Source: a virus
Taxonomy: Duplodnaviria; Caudoviricetes
DNA: 64,000 bases
IMG/VR virus record: IMGVR_UViG_3300001580_000006
Coordinates: 159,465-223,464 of that record
Reading direction: 5' to 3' (one strand)
Positions within the stretch are counted from its first letter, which is position 1. Every line of letters begins with the position of its first letter. The position numbers and the translations under genes are program-made. The notes under the pieces are model-generated. The model did not search any database, was not told where the DNA came from, and saw only the letters and a list, made by a program, of their open reading frames with translations. Of the stretch, positions 28,580-37,468 are shown piece by piece.

Positions 28580-28954
28580 TGGTGGAGGCGGTGGGAATCG
28601 AACCCACGTCCAACACTGTTTCAAAACCAACATCTACTACAATAGACTGTCGTGTATACGTACTTTCAGAGCAGACAGACAGACCCCATTAAGTACGGAG
28701 CAAGTACATTCAGCTACGGCAACCCTACTCAAACCTCCGTAGCTCGCCCTACCTAAATGATGGTTCTTTCAACTCTGATAGGGTAGAGTATCAGAACCAG
28801 GCTACTGGTTATTAAGCAGCAGCGCGGGCAGCCCACACCTGAGGGGCTGGGAATGCAATGTGTTTGGCATTTGCATGGTTTGGTGGTTTAACGAGCCTCG
28901 CCTTCTCGTGTAGCAGTCAGGATCTCCTCGATGCTGTCGAAACCTGTCGCCCCC
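28580..28954 (-). ncRNA. ssrA: tmRNA; tag (A)AKHIAFPAPQVWAARAAA
   Basis: 5' GGGGGCGACAGGTTTCGAC; 3' GTGGGTTCGATTCCCACCGCCTCCACCA with G3:U70; tag frame 28868..28812 ends AAA-TAA. Confidence 0.93.
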
Positions 28955-29464
28955 TTATATTACTAAGTGTTTTGCTACAGCCGGAAAATGTAGTTGAATT
29001 GCCTTTTTGAATTCCGGCCAAGGTCCTCTAAGTAGCCGTCCCTCGTTGATTAGTGCGCCAGCAAGAGAATCACAGAATGCCTCCTCTGCAGCAGCTGCGT
29101 TACTATTACACTTTCCGTGCCAATTGCTTATGTAATAGCGTTCAACCTTCTTTCCTACACGGAAGCTAAGCTTTGCATCATTACATAGTACATGTCCTAC
29201 TTCGTGGAAAGCTACGTACAAACGTAGGTAGGGGCTTATTGGAGCAGTCTGGATAAGCCGCCTTCTTACACATGTCCAGCCAGATGGCAGATGGTCATCT
29301 CCAATAGGATTAGCGTCCATACTTATTTCCAACTCGTGTAGTATATCGTCAAGAACTGAATATTTATCCTCCAGTTCTTTAGGAATGTTACCACCTAGTG
29401 TAGCATGCCATGGCAGCTTTGGCTCTTTACTGCCATCGCATTCGTTGCAATTGTGTGTCTGCAT
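28955..29464 (-). CDS. ImmA/IrrE-like Zn metallopeptidase
   Basis: FHEVGH...EEAFCDSLAGALI. Confidence 0.7.
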   Translation of the reverse strand: MQTHNCNECDGSKEPKLPWHATLGGNIPKELEDKYSVLDDILHELEISMDANPIGDDHLPSGWTCVRRRLIQTAPISPYLRLYVAFHEVGHVLCNDAKLSFRVGKKVERYYISNWHGKCNSNAAAAEEAFCDSLAGALINEGRLLRGPWPEFKKAIQLHFPAVAKHLVI

Positions 29465-29475
29465 ATTCTCAACTA

Positions 29476-29718
29476 CTATGTTACACGCTTTTTGTCGATT
29501 ATGATGCTTTGGTTATTTCCAAAATATCTAAAGCTATGTTGCTCAGGCTTGCTGACGATAAACTTACGAAATGGAAAGTCTTTGCTAAAGTCTGGCCCAC
29601 CGTGCTTAACAATGAACGTTGTTAGCTTGTCTGGAGAGGAGAACAACTTATGCTGTGCATGATCTCCAGGCTTTGGCGCTGAACTTCCAGCAAGAAATTG
29701 TAGGGCATAGACGTGCAT
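29476..29718 (-). CDS. Hypothetical protein
   Basis: ORF with a GGAGG RBS. Confidence 0.6.
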   Translation of the reverse strand: MHVYALQFLAGSSAPKPGDHAQHKLFSSPDKLTTFIVKHGGPDFSKDFPFRKFIVSKPEQHSFRYFGNNQSIIIDKKRVT

Positions 29719-29726
29719 ATTACCTC

Positions 29727-30497
29727 CTATTCTATGGCAACCCCCTGTTGACAGATGCCGGCAAAGCAGTTGTCCTTCACCTTTTGAGCTACTGACTCAA
29801 TGTTGTCCTGGTAGTGGATGAGCCACATCTTCTTTCTGATGGGCTCTTCCAGGGTAGCCAACTCGTCGAGGTGGGCATGCACGCCGGACTTGAACGGGGA
29901 GGTTTCGCAGTCCTGGATGATAATGTCGGCCTGCTTGTAAAAATCCTTGATCTGATTGGGGTTGAACTGGGTGTCGGATGTATAGTAGATCAACGGAGCC
30001 GGAGAGGCCGACAGCTCCTTGATCATCAATCCGAATGACGGAACGATGGCATAGCCGTTCATTATATGAACGGTTTGTACCACTGTCATTTGGATTCCTT
30101 CCCAGTTGAAGGCTTCGTTGTCGTCCAAATAATGAACATCGAAGTAGTCGTTGAGGCCAACAGTTTTGCCTTGGATCGAGGACAGGCCGCCTGACCAGAC
30201 GGAATCCCAGGCTTTGTGAAGAACGCTGCGGTGGCCATAAAGGGCAATCTTTTGCTTGGAAGGGTCGAAGAAAGAGCAGAAAGCCAAATACTCCACTCCT
30301 CCTATATGGTCAGCGTGCAGGTGAGAGACATAGAGGGCATCTATATCCTTGTAGGACAGTCCTACTTCTTTCAAAGAGAAGCGGGTGTCCGAACCCGCGT
30401 CGATCAGAAGATTCTTCCCATTCTGTTGCAAAAGCAGGTTGGTTTGGAAGTTCTTCATAGCGAATGCTGATCCGGTGCCGATTGGGATAAGTTTCAT
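29727..30497 (-). CDS. MBL-fold metallo-hydrolase (RNase Z-like)
   Basis: GTGSAF, LIDAG, SHLHADHIGG, YTSDT, VHAH, IHY. Confidence 0.9.
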   Translation of the reverse strand: MKLIPIGTGSAFAMKNFQTNLLLQQNGKNLLIDAGSDTRFSLKEVGLSYKDIDALYVSHLHADHIGGVEYLAFCSFFDPSKQKIALYGHRSVLHKAWDSVWSGGLSSIQGKTVGLNDYFDVHYLDDNEAFNWEGIQMTVVQTVHIMNGYAIVPSFGLMIKELSASPAPLIYYTSDTQFNPNQIKDFYKQADIIIQDCETSPFKSGVHAHLDELATLEEPIRKKMWLIHYQDNIESVAQKVKDNCFAGICQQGVAIE

Positions 30498-30596
30498 GTT
30501 GCTCCTCGGTCTTATTTTGGTGGGTAAATGACCATAATTCCTTGGTCACTTACTGTCATACTATTCTTCCCAATATTTGCTATGACGTCCAGAGTA

Positions 30597-30878
30597 CTAA
30601 TATTCGATGAGCGTAGTAGGCACGATTTTGGCCTTCTTATCGAACTGCTTGATGTACTTCAGCAGCTGCTTCGGATCGGCTAACGCTCCGCTAGTGTTGG
30701 CCAAAACGTCCGTTGTGACCATCTCGGAGATCGAGGCGTTGTCGTTTGCCGTTGGATTCTCCATACGCATCTTCTTCAGAAGCGTAGCTTCTCGTGTGCT
30801 GGGAAGTTCGAACAGGGTGCCGGTTATTGGACCATTGTCTCCTTTGTTGTCCTCGTGACTGGCGATGAATAAAAACAT
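30597..30878 (-). CDS. Hypothetical protein
   Basis: ORF with an AGGAGG RBS. Confidence 0.65.
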   Translation of the reverse strand: MFLFIASHEDNKGDNGPITGTLFELPSTREATLLKKMRMENPTANDNASISEMVTTDVLANTSGALADPKQLLKYIKQFDKKAKIVPTTLIEY

Positions 30879-30891
30879 GTTTCCTCCTAAA

Positions 30892-32046
30892 TTAGGTTGT
30901 TTGAAGATGTTTAGTGGTTTGCTCAGTTTCTACCTGTAGAGAGGTATTCCACTCAAATTTGCACGCAGTGCAGCGATGCTTTCCGGCTTTGTTTATGCTA
31001 ATACGAGAAGGGTTGGCGCCGCATCTCTGGCAGCGCAGTGCTCTGCCAGTTCTGCTTCCCCTCTTTACGCCACTCTTACGCATGAGCGTTCCTAGCTCAA
31101 GTACTGATATTACGTTGTAACTATCTATTTGATATCTAGCAGTTACTAGAAAGTTTTCGCGTAGCCTCTTCTCGGTGCCTGCTCTAATAACCGTAAAGAA
31201 AACAACGCTAGGAAAGATTTTAAGCACTTCTTGTAGAGCGCGGCTACGGGCATGGTGTCCGCTAAGATTTTCGTATATGAACGGTTTTCTTAGCCCCGCT
31301 GCGTATAAGTGTTGACTGATGAGTGCCATAGCAGTCGGTGTTGACAAATCTGTTGGTATGTAGTGTATGTTGTTGTGGCCAAACTCATGTATGAGTTTAT
31401 CCAACTCGCCTTGTGAGGCGTCATAGCAGTATATAGGTAGACGGTGCTCTTGTCCAATATGTAGGAGATCTCTTACGTCTTCTCTGTACTGCGCTCCCAT
31501 TATCACAATACCATCCCATTGTTGACTATCTTGGTAGAATATGCGCGTTAGAATGCGACGCTTCTGAGTTTCATGCGTTGTTACAGTGTTACTAAAATGT
31601 CTGACGAGTGGAACCGTTGGTTCTGGACTGGGTACGGTAGACGCGGTGTTTTTACTAGCCCAGAGATTCTCTTGTCTGACAAGATCTAACAGAGCAGACG
31701 ATGGTTTCTCTCTGCGCTGCTCCGCAATCTTAAGTACGTCTTTTGGGAGAAAGATTCTATCGTGCCCCGTACCACACTTCGGTAAATATTTATGGGCCCA
31801 CGATTTAAGTGTTCCGTGATTTATGCCAAGAAGGTCTGCAGCTTTCTTTGTATCGAGTAGAGGAACCTTGGAGAATATAGAGAACAGCTGGTCTTTGCTG
31901 TGTCTTACAACAACTCCTTCGTCGTTAGTAAGAGCATACGATCCACGACAAAGCTTGAGTTCTTTACCACGGGGACCGTACATTGCTTTGCTTTCTGGAT
32001 CAAAGACATATCGGCTAAGATTGTCTAGCCTGACTTCTTCATTCAT
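30892..32046 (-). CDS. Multidomain protein: MerR/Xis-like HTH + Rossmann-like domain + Zn ribbon
   Basis: LLDTKKAADLLGINHGTLKSW; C-terminal domain paralogous to 41086..42384; CQRCG...CTAC. Confidence 0.65.
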   Translation of the reverse strand: MNEEVRLDNLSRYVFDPESKAMYGPRGKELKLCRGSYALTNDEGVVVRHSKDQLFSIFSKVPLLDTKKAADLLGINHGTLKSWAHKYLPKCGTGHDRIFLPKDVLKIAEQRREKPSSALLDLVRQENLWASKNTASTVPSPEPTVPLVRHFSNTVTTHETQKRRILTRIFYQDSQQWDGIVIMGAQYREDVRDLLHIGQEHRLPIYCYDASQGELDKLIHEFGHNNIHYIPTDLSTPTAMALISQHLYAAGLRKPFIYENLSGHHARSRALQEVLKIFPSVVFFTVIRAGTEKRLRENFLVTARYQIDSYNVISVLELGTLMRKSGVKRGSRTGRALRCQRCGANPSRISINKAGKHRCTACKFEWNTSLQVETEQTTKHLQTT

Positions 32047-32085
32047 AAGTACACTGTCTTCATTGTAAATTAAATGTGGAACGCT

Positions 32086-32532
32086 TTAGCGTGGTATTGT
32101 TCTAAGCTCGGTTCTAACACGCATTAATATTTTGCCGAGCTGATTCTGCTTGGGCAAGCCGTCGCACTTTGAGCATAGGCACGCGCCCCAGAAGTTATCG
32201 TGCCAGGTGTTGCCCTCAACCAGTTCTTTGTCGCCGGTGTCCAATAGGGTTTGGAGCATGAGCGGGTTCCGCTCGAACTTCTGTTTGACTAGCTCATACA
32301 TGATCTCGACTCTTACTTCTAGCCAGTCAGAGCGCATTGTAACAAGCCTTCCGGCTCTCTTAGCGTCTCCGGCCGATCTGCAGAGGCGGATCTTGTTTCG
32401 CTCTTCCGGGTCTAAAGTCTTGGCGGCTTGGAAAGCGTGTTCGACTGAGGGATACATTATGCCATCGAACGGAACCCACGCCGAAATGAAATTGGACAGG
32501 CACATGTAGTTGCCACGGAAGTCATTTATCAT
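32086..32532 (-). CDS. NADAR (YbiA-like) protein
   Basis: LSNF, YPSVEHAFQAAK, AKRAGR, KF..N, LVEGNTWHDNFWG, NQLGKILM.VR. Confidence 0.92.
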   Translation of the reverse strand: MINDFRGNYMCLSNFISAWVPFDGIMYPSVEHAFQAAKTLDPEERNKIRLCRSAGDAKRAGRLVTMRSDWLEVRVEIMYELVKQKFERNPLMLQTLLDTGDKELVEGNTWHDNFWGACLCSKCDGLPKQNQLGKILMRVRTELRTIPR

Positions 32533-32750
32533 AGATTATACTCCAACATATTGCTTATGACAAATCGTGTGAAGTCATTTTTCCACAGTTGTTTGCGGTT
32601 CTCGTGCGAAATATGATGCCACTTATCTGTAAAAAGAAGGCGTATCTGCCCAATAGTACGAGGACTGACCCACGAAGTGCACTTTCCTCCCTTTACGGTG
32701 GCAGCTTGACAGCCTTCACAGTTTTGGTATGGACTTCTTGAGCAAGGCAT
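32529..32750 (-). CDS. Small Cys-rich hypothetical protein
   Basis: ORF in the gene string. Confidence 0.5.
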   Translation of the reverse strand: MPCSRSPYQNCEGCQAATVKGGKCTSWVSPRTIGQIRLLFTDKWHHISHENRKQLWKNDFTRFVISNMLEYNL

Positions 32751-32956
32751 TAATCTTCCCTATCTTTTACGTACTTTGCAAATTCGTACCAACTGTAGCC
32801 ATCCCAAGGTTCGTAGTCAACATGTCTAAGGGGGACCTTGCGACCACCATTGGAGTGGGATCTGTCGCATAAACAACCGCCTTCATCTCCACGTGCTCTC
32901 AAGTCACGTTTGCAACAAGAGCATCTGTACTTAGAAGGTATTTTGACATGGCTCAT
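32750..32956 (-). CDS. Small Cys-rich hypothetical protein
   Basis: ORF in the gene string. Confidence 0.5.
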   Translation of the reverse strand: MSHVKIPSKYRCSCCKRDLRARGDEGGCLCDRSHSNGGRKVPLRHVDYEPWDGYSWYEFAKYVKDRED

Positions 32957-32965
32957 AGCAAATCC

Positions 32966-33220
32966 TTAGTGAACTAAGGATAATAAGACGACATCGTTGG
33001 CTTTGATTGCTGAATCCTTTTCGGCTGAGCGACCGTTGATGAATACTTCATAGTCAAAACCTTCAGGGAGCTGTGGGTTACCAGAAGCTATAGGTAGCTT
33101 TTTAACTGCCTCAGCAGCGTCAGAGGCAGTGCTGCCTACTTTCAAAACAAGGTCGGTAGACACTCCTGGTAACACACCAACGGTGGCTATAATTGAGTCA
33201 GTGAGTTCCTTCTCCAACAT
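32966..33220 (-). CDS. Second ubiquitin-like beta-grasp protein, lacking C-terminal GG
   Basis: VGVLPG...LKVGSTASDA...VFING......IKANDVVLL aligns with Ubl 989..1210. Confidence 0.7.
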   Translation of the reverse strand: MLEKELTDSIIATVGVLPGVSTDLVLKVGSTASDAAEAVKKLPIASGNPQLPEGFDYEVFINGRSAEKDSAIKANDVVLLSLVH

Positions 33221-34715
33221 AAACCCTCTCTACTATTGGCTGAAACGGGACGCCGTTCTCTACTTTAGACATTCTGGTATACGATATGTCGGCCTCAGTG
33301 CCGATAAAACCTTCAGGGTTTTTATACATATCGTACTTTATATCTGAATCTAGTTTTCCTGTTGATGTGAACTCTCTGCCTTTGTATTCAAAGATAGGTA
33401 TAGCAGACTCTTTCGGCCTTCCGGTTATTGACACTTCCTGCTTTACGTCGACAATCGGAAGGGTTATCTCCTCACGCCACTTATGCTTGAGGGTTTCGTT
33501 GCCATCGAGTCTTTGGAAGACGACCCCATCGACGCCGTCCTCTCTTCTCGCCATCTTTAGCAGCGTTCTTTTGCCAATAGGAGTAGAGGCATAGGCTGGG
33601 ACCTTCAGCGGCGTATTGGGGTTCGCTTCGTGGATGGCTTCGATGAGCGCGATTTTCTCGCGGTACGGGACTTCACCCCAGTCTTTTCCGTTGACTGAGG
33701 TGATATTGAACATGTATATGTATGGTCGCCGGCTTTGTAAAGCTGCAGTAACATCGTTGTATTGCAGTCTGGCGTTGAGATCTTGGAAGTCATCAAGCCA
33801 AACCTCAGCGACTCCTTCGACGACAAATCTGTTATTCCGTCCATACTTTCTAGTAATAGATCTGCCAGTTGATCCGCTGAAGCCTGTCTCAATTTGATGA
33901 ACTCGATCTCTGAGTTTATCAGTCCAGTCGATTCCCTCGTCAAAACCGGAAGACTTATTAAGGCGCTTGTCTTGTCGGTAACTACCGATAGAAAAGTTGG
34001 CCTCCCCGTCGACAATAGCAAATTTAAAATTGCCCCTAGCTCCGTCCTTCTTAACGAGTTCGAGGTAATTGCTATCGTTGATGTATTTATCGACTGACTC
34101 ATTTCCAATTACTTTATAATGATTTTTAGGAGTTCTTGGGATCCTTCTTGGATTAGCTCTGACCATCAGGCCTCCAGCTTTCTCAGCTTTTGGCCCAAGG
34201 TTGGAGGCCGGTACCCATGACCAAACACCTCTGTGTTCGCCGAATACGATGTGCAAATGATCGTTCTTTGTATAGAGCAGGCAATTGCCGTGCTCTATAA
34301 CCCTTGTGGTTCCTTTACCATAGCCTTCTGTTATGATAGCAGGGTTATTTGGTTTAGTATGTTCAGGTTGAAGGAGCCATAACATTTTGGTATGAGCACC
34401 GAATTGATCCCACATTGGGTCTTTAGTAGCCCAACGATAGTAACGACCATCGTCTGCTCTGACTGTTATGTCATAGTGTAGCCCAGCTCTTTCTGCATTG
34501 TGCTCTTCGATCCAGTACTCGGTGATGACTGGCTCTTTTACTGGACGAATCTGCGGAGGAGCCCAAGAGCTTACAATTGGGCTTCTGCTTTTCCACCACT
34601 CGTGGACTTTGGATTTTGGTGGATATTTTACCTTTACTTTGGCAGTAAATAGGCCAGGAGACAGCAACTTAAGACCCCTATGACTTATCGCCAAAGCTGC
34701 TGCTCCATAGTTCAT
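33198..34715 (-). CDS. LigD-like 3'-phosphoesterase + ATP-dependent ligase fusion
   Basis: EEHNAERAGLHYD...RWA (PE domain), EH...I..GYGKG; KKDGAR (KxDG), DGVVF, KHK; OB-like C-terminus with FQP. Confidence 0.75.
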   Translation of the reverse strand: MNYGAAALAISHRGLKLLSPGLFTAKVKVKYPPKSKVHEWWKSRSPIVSSWAPPQIRPVKEPVITEYWIEEHNAERAGLHYDITVRADDGRYYRWATKDPMWDQFGAHTKMLWLLQPEHTKPNNPAIITEGYGKGTTRVIEHGNCLLYTKNDHLHIVFGEHRGVWSWVPASNLGPKAEKAGGLMVRANPRRIPRTPKNHYKVIGNESVDKYINDSNYLELVKKDGARGNFKFAIVDGEANFSIGSYRQDKRLNKSSGFDEGIDWTDKLRDRVHQIETGFSGSTGRSITRKYGRNNRFVVEGVAEVWLDDFQDLNARLQYNDVTAALQSRRPYIYMFNITSVNGKDWGEVPYREKIALIEAIHEANPNTPLKVPAYASTPIGKRTLLKMARREDGVDGVVFQRLDGNETLKHKWREEITLPIVDVKQEVSITGRPKESAIPIFEYKGREFTSTGKLDSDIKYDMYKNPEGFIGTEADISYTRMSKVENGVPFQPIVERVYVGEGTH

Positions 34716-34716
34716 A

Positions 34717-35457
34717 CTACCTCTTTATGCTTGGTATTGGTAGCCTTTTGTGGTAGGTCCGTTCGTACGCTTTGACCACAAAGGCCATTGCTTCCGGAGT
34801 GGTTGATGGAAGGCCATACGGCATCTCCTCCGCCCTGTCTTGATATAGCAGGCGGAGTACGGCTCCGTCGAGATCGTCGTATGAGAAGCCAAGTTCGCGC
34901 TCGTCGGTTTGTCCCTTCCAAAGATCTGCGCTGGGCGCTTTCTCGATGATTCTTTTGGGAATGCCCAGTTCCCGAGCGAGCCCTCTTACCTCGTATTTGG
35001 CTAAGTGGGCGATTGGTTCTACGTCCACCCCACCGTCGCCGTATTTGGTAAAGTAGCCCAGCGTCATTTCGGTAAGGTTGCTGGTGCCAGCGACCAGGAG
35101 GCCCAGTTGGTTTGCGTAGGCGTACAAGGCCACCATCCTTAAGCGCGACCTTATGTTGCCGGCGGCGAGCTTGTCGTAGTCGATGCCAGTGGCTGCCACG
35201 ATCATGTCGTGCGTCCGTCCAAGATCGGCTAGTAGTAGCGAGACCCCAAGGTGCTCTGCTACCAGTTGGGCGTCCTCAAAGGCAGAGTCCGAGCTTTGGC
35301 ATGGCAAGGCAACAAGCACTAGATGGGCATCTATTCTGCTGCATAGGGCAGCGACAACCGCCGAGTCCAGGCCACCTGATACTCCCACTACATAGCCTTT
35401 CGCTGTTTGCGATAGCCTTCCTTTTAGGAAGCCTGTTATTAGGTCTATTTGGCTCAT
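34717..35457 (-). CDS. nadE: NH3-dependent NAD+ synthetase
   Basis: GVSGGLDSAV, NIRSRLRM, GTSN.TE..LGYFTKYGDG, KAPSADLW.GQTDE.ELG. Confidence 0.95.
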   Translation of the reverse strand: MSQIDLITGFLKGRLSQTAKGYVVGVSGGLDSAVVAALCSRIDAHLVLVALPCQSSDSAFEDAQLVAEHLGVSLLLADLGRTHDMIVAATGIDYDKLAAGNIRSRLRMVALYAYANQLGLLVAGTSNLTEMTLGYFTKYGDGGVDVEPIAHLAKYEVRGLARELGIPKRIIEKAPSADLWKGQTDERELGFSYDDLDGAVLRLLYQDRAEEMPYGLPSTTPEAMAFVVKAYERTYHKRLPIPSIKR

Positions 35458-35469
35458 ATATCTCCTTTG

Positions 35470-36165
35470 TTATGATCTCCAATAGCAATATAGGCACTTG
35501 TGTGGACACGGTGCCCTGTTGACCAGCATCTCAAACTTTTCTCCTGCGCAAGCACAGGCTTTTCTTTGTTGTCCGCCAGGGGTAACTCTGCCAGATAAGC
35601 CCATGGCTAGCAGGTCGGTTTGTGAGACACAGCCGGTGCAGTCGAAGTCTGGCTCCCCACAAACTTCAGGTACTTTGACACTGTTCCTCTCTATCAGGTG
35701 GAACAAGTCCTTGCGGGTATCCAGTGGTGCATGAAACGTTGTTTGCTTAGGGTCTATATTGGCTTCTGTGAACCTTCTTCGGACATGATCGTATAGGTCA
35801 AGGAATGAGATTCGTACCCTGCCTTCCGCCTCTTTTGCCAAGGACGGAAGATGGCTAATAAAGCCAGGGATAATTGGATCGATTCTTAGTACTGCCCTTG
35901 TTGGGCCCAGCAGTTTTACCAGCTCGTGGTATGCTTCCAGCTCCTTTTCGGTGCTGTTTACGTTTGGTTCTATTGATTTGGGTAACCCAGTAATGGTACA
36001 GTGAACTATGATATTGGAGGGTAAAGACATACCAACGAGGATGGGAACCAAGGCGGAGGGCCTTTTGGTAATAAGGATCGCGCCGTCGACTTTTGAGTCG
36101 GTGACAAATTGACGCCAGCTTAAATCGAGACCGGCATCTCCGCGCTCAGTTACGCCTATTCTCAT
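35470..36165 (-). CDS. DUF1848-like (radical-SAM-related) protein
   Basis: LITK, TITG, IEPNV, LRIDPI, R.SFLD.Y, QR.AC.C, PCPHKCLYCYW. Confidence 0.75.
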   Translation of the reverse strand: MRIGVTERGDAGLDLSWRQFVTDSKVDGAILITKRPSALVPILVGMSLPSNIIVHCTITGLPKSIEPNVNSTEKELEAYHELVKLLGPTRAVLRIDPIIPGFISHLPSLAKEAEGRVRISFLDLYDHVRRRFTEANIDPKQTTFHAPLDTRKDLFHLIERNSVKVPEVCGEPDFDCTGCVSQTDLLAMGLSGRVTPGGQQRKACACAGEKFEMLVNRAPCPHKCLYCYWRS

Positions 36166-36184
36166 TTGTATATCCTCATTTTGT

Positions 36185-36216
36185 TGGTGCTACTGGAGGG
36201 AGTCGAACCCTCATGG
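36185..36216 (-). pseudogene. Isolated tRNA 3' half (T-arm + acceptor strand + CCA)
   Basis: CCATGAGGGTTCGACTCCCTCCAGTAGCACCA; no matching 5' half seen upstream. Confidence 0.65.
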
Positions 36217-36224
36217 TTTCTCTT

Positions 36225-36836
36225 CTATTTATTTCTTGCTTTGCGAGACAACTTCTGCATAGCCATTTTCAGGGCGATATCCCAATTATTGAGAATAGCT
36301 CTCAAGTGGACTATACTTAAGTTATCCAAGTTGGGCATATCCACAGTTTCTACAAACAGGGTGCTATTATCTGGTTTTATTGTAGTAAGAGGCGTAAGGT
36401 TTATATTTATGAATGGAAGATCAGCAACGGAGATAAGCTTTGATTGTGTTTTCCATTCGCTGAGTTTGGAATTTATCTCCTTTATTAATATCTGCCGCTC
36501 TTCGTGGATTTTAACGGCAGCTTGTGAATCTATGCTACTATAAGCTTTCTCATATTCTTCTAGTTTAATAGCAAGCTTTTTTAGAGCTACATCTAGGTTT
36601 TTGTTGTGCTTACAGCCATTACTGGCTAGCTCTGAAATCGGTTTTACTATTTTAGTATAGAAGAAGTCACGGAACTGGTCTCCCCAATATACTGCTATTT
36701 CCTTACTTTGTGGTGTTATCTCATGCAGTTTGTTAATTTCTTTTTGTATTAGAGAAGTAACAAAGTTTAGCAGGATAAGAATGAGGCCAGCGCCAAAGCC
36801 GGTAATAAGGTTTACCGGCACTATCCTTTTTAGCAT
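36225..36836 (-). CDS. Hypothetical protein with N-terminal TM helix
   Basis: Probable start MLKRIVP at 36836 with an AAGGAG RBS. Confidence 0.6.
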   Translation of the reverse strand: MLKRIVPVNLITGFGAGLILILLNFVTSLIQKEINKLHEITPQSKEIAVYWGDQFRDFFYTKIVKPISELASNGCKHNKNLDVALKKLAIKLEEYEKAYSSIDSQAAVKIHEERQILIKEINSKLSEWKTQSKLISVADLPFININLTPLTTIKPDNSTLFVETVDMPNLDNLSIVHLRAILNNWDIALKMAMQKLSRKARNK

Positions 36837-36855
36837 ACAGCTCCTTTTACTAATA

Positions 36856-36895
36856 TTGCAAGTATTTTGGTATACACTCTTAAATGTGGTATAAT
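36856..36895 (+). promoter_or_regulatory. Promoter TTGGTA-N17-TATAAT with extended TG, driving the HNH gene
   Basis: ttgcaagtattTTGGTAtacactcttaaatgTGgTATAAT. Confidence 0.7.
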
Positions 36896-36924
36896 TAAAG
36901 TATAACAAATAAAGGAGTGCCAAA

Positions 36925-37368
36925 ATGCGTACAGATATTATCGAACACAGAGAAGAAATTGAAAAATGGATTCAGGAGAGGCAGAGTAAGGCTTACATAT
37001 GTATGGAGTTAAGGTGTAAGCCTGCTACTCTTGAGTACTATTTAAAGAGGATGGAGATAGTCTACACTGGTAACAAGGGACTGTATGGAGGAAAAAAAGC
37101 AAGAACCAAGATTTCATTGGACAAAGTGTTATGTAACAACAGTACATATAATACAAACTGGCTTAGGAAGCGCCTGCTGGAAGAAGGTATTAAAGAACAC
37201 AGGTGTGAAAAGTGTGATGCTACTACGTGGCTAGGTTATGTCATTCCTCTTGAGTTGCACCACATAGATGGAAACAATACAAACAATTGTATTGAAAACA
37301 TTAGAATGCTTTGTCCAAACTGTCACGCTACAGAACCTTTTTACAGAGGTAATGCCAAAAAGAGCTAG
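36925..37368 (+). CDS. HNH homing-type endonuclease (counter-oriented insertion)
   Basis: CEKC...LELHHIDGN..NN...N...LCPNCH; N-terminal HTH. Confidence 0.88.
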   Translation: MRTDIIEHREEIEKWIQERQSKAYICMELRCKPATLEYYLKRMEIVYTGNKGLYGGKKARTKISLDKVLCNNSTYNTNWLRKRLLEEGIKEHRCEKCDATTWLGYVIPLELHHIDGNNTNNCIENIRMLCPNCHATEPFYRGNAKKS

Positions 37369-37379
37369 AGCTGATGAAG

Positions 37380-37466
37380 TGGTGCGCATGAGAGGAGTTG
37401 AACCTCCAAGCCCTTACGGGCACCAGATCCTAAATCTGGCGTGTCTGCCAGTTCCACCACACACGC
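37380..37466 (-). tRNA. tRNA-Leu(TAG)
   Basis: Full cloverleaf, CCAGA-TT TAG GA-TCTGG, long variable arm, encoded CCA. Confidence 0.95.
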
Positions 37467-37468
37467 AT

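Noticed and set aside
28488-28742. Plus-strand ORF
   Set aside because: Antisense to the tmRNA, with no protein features.
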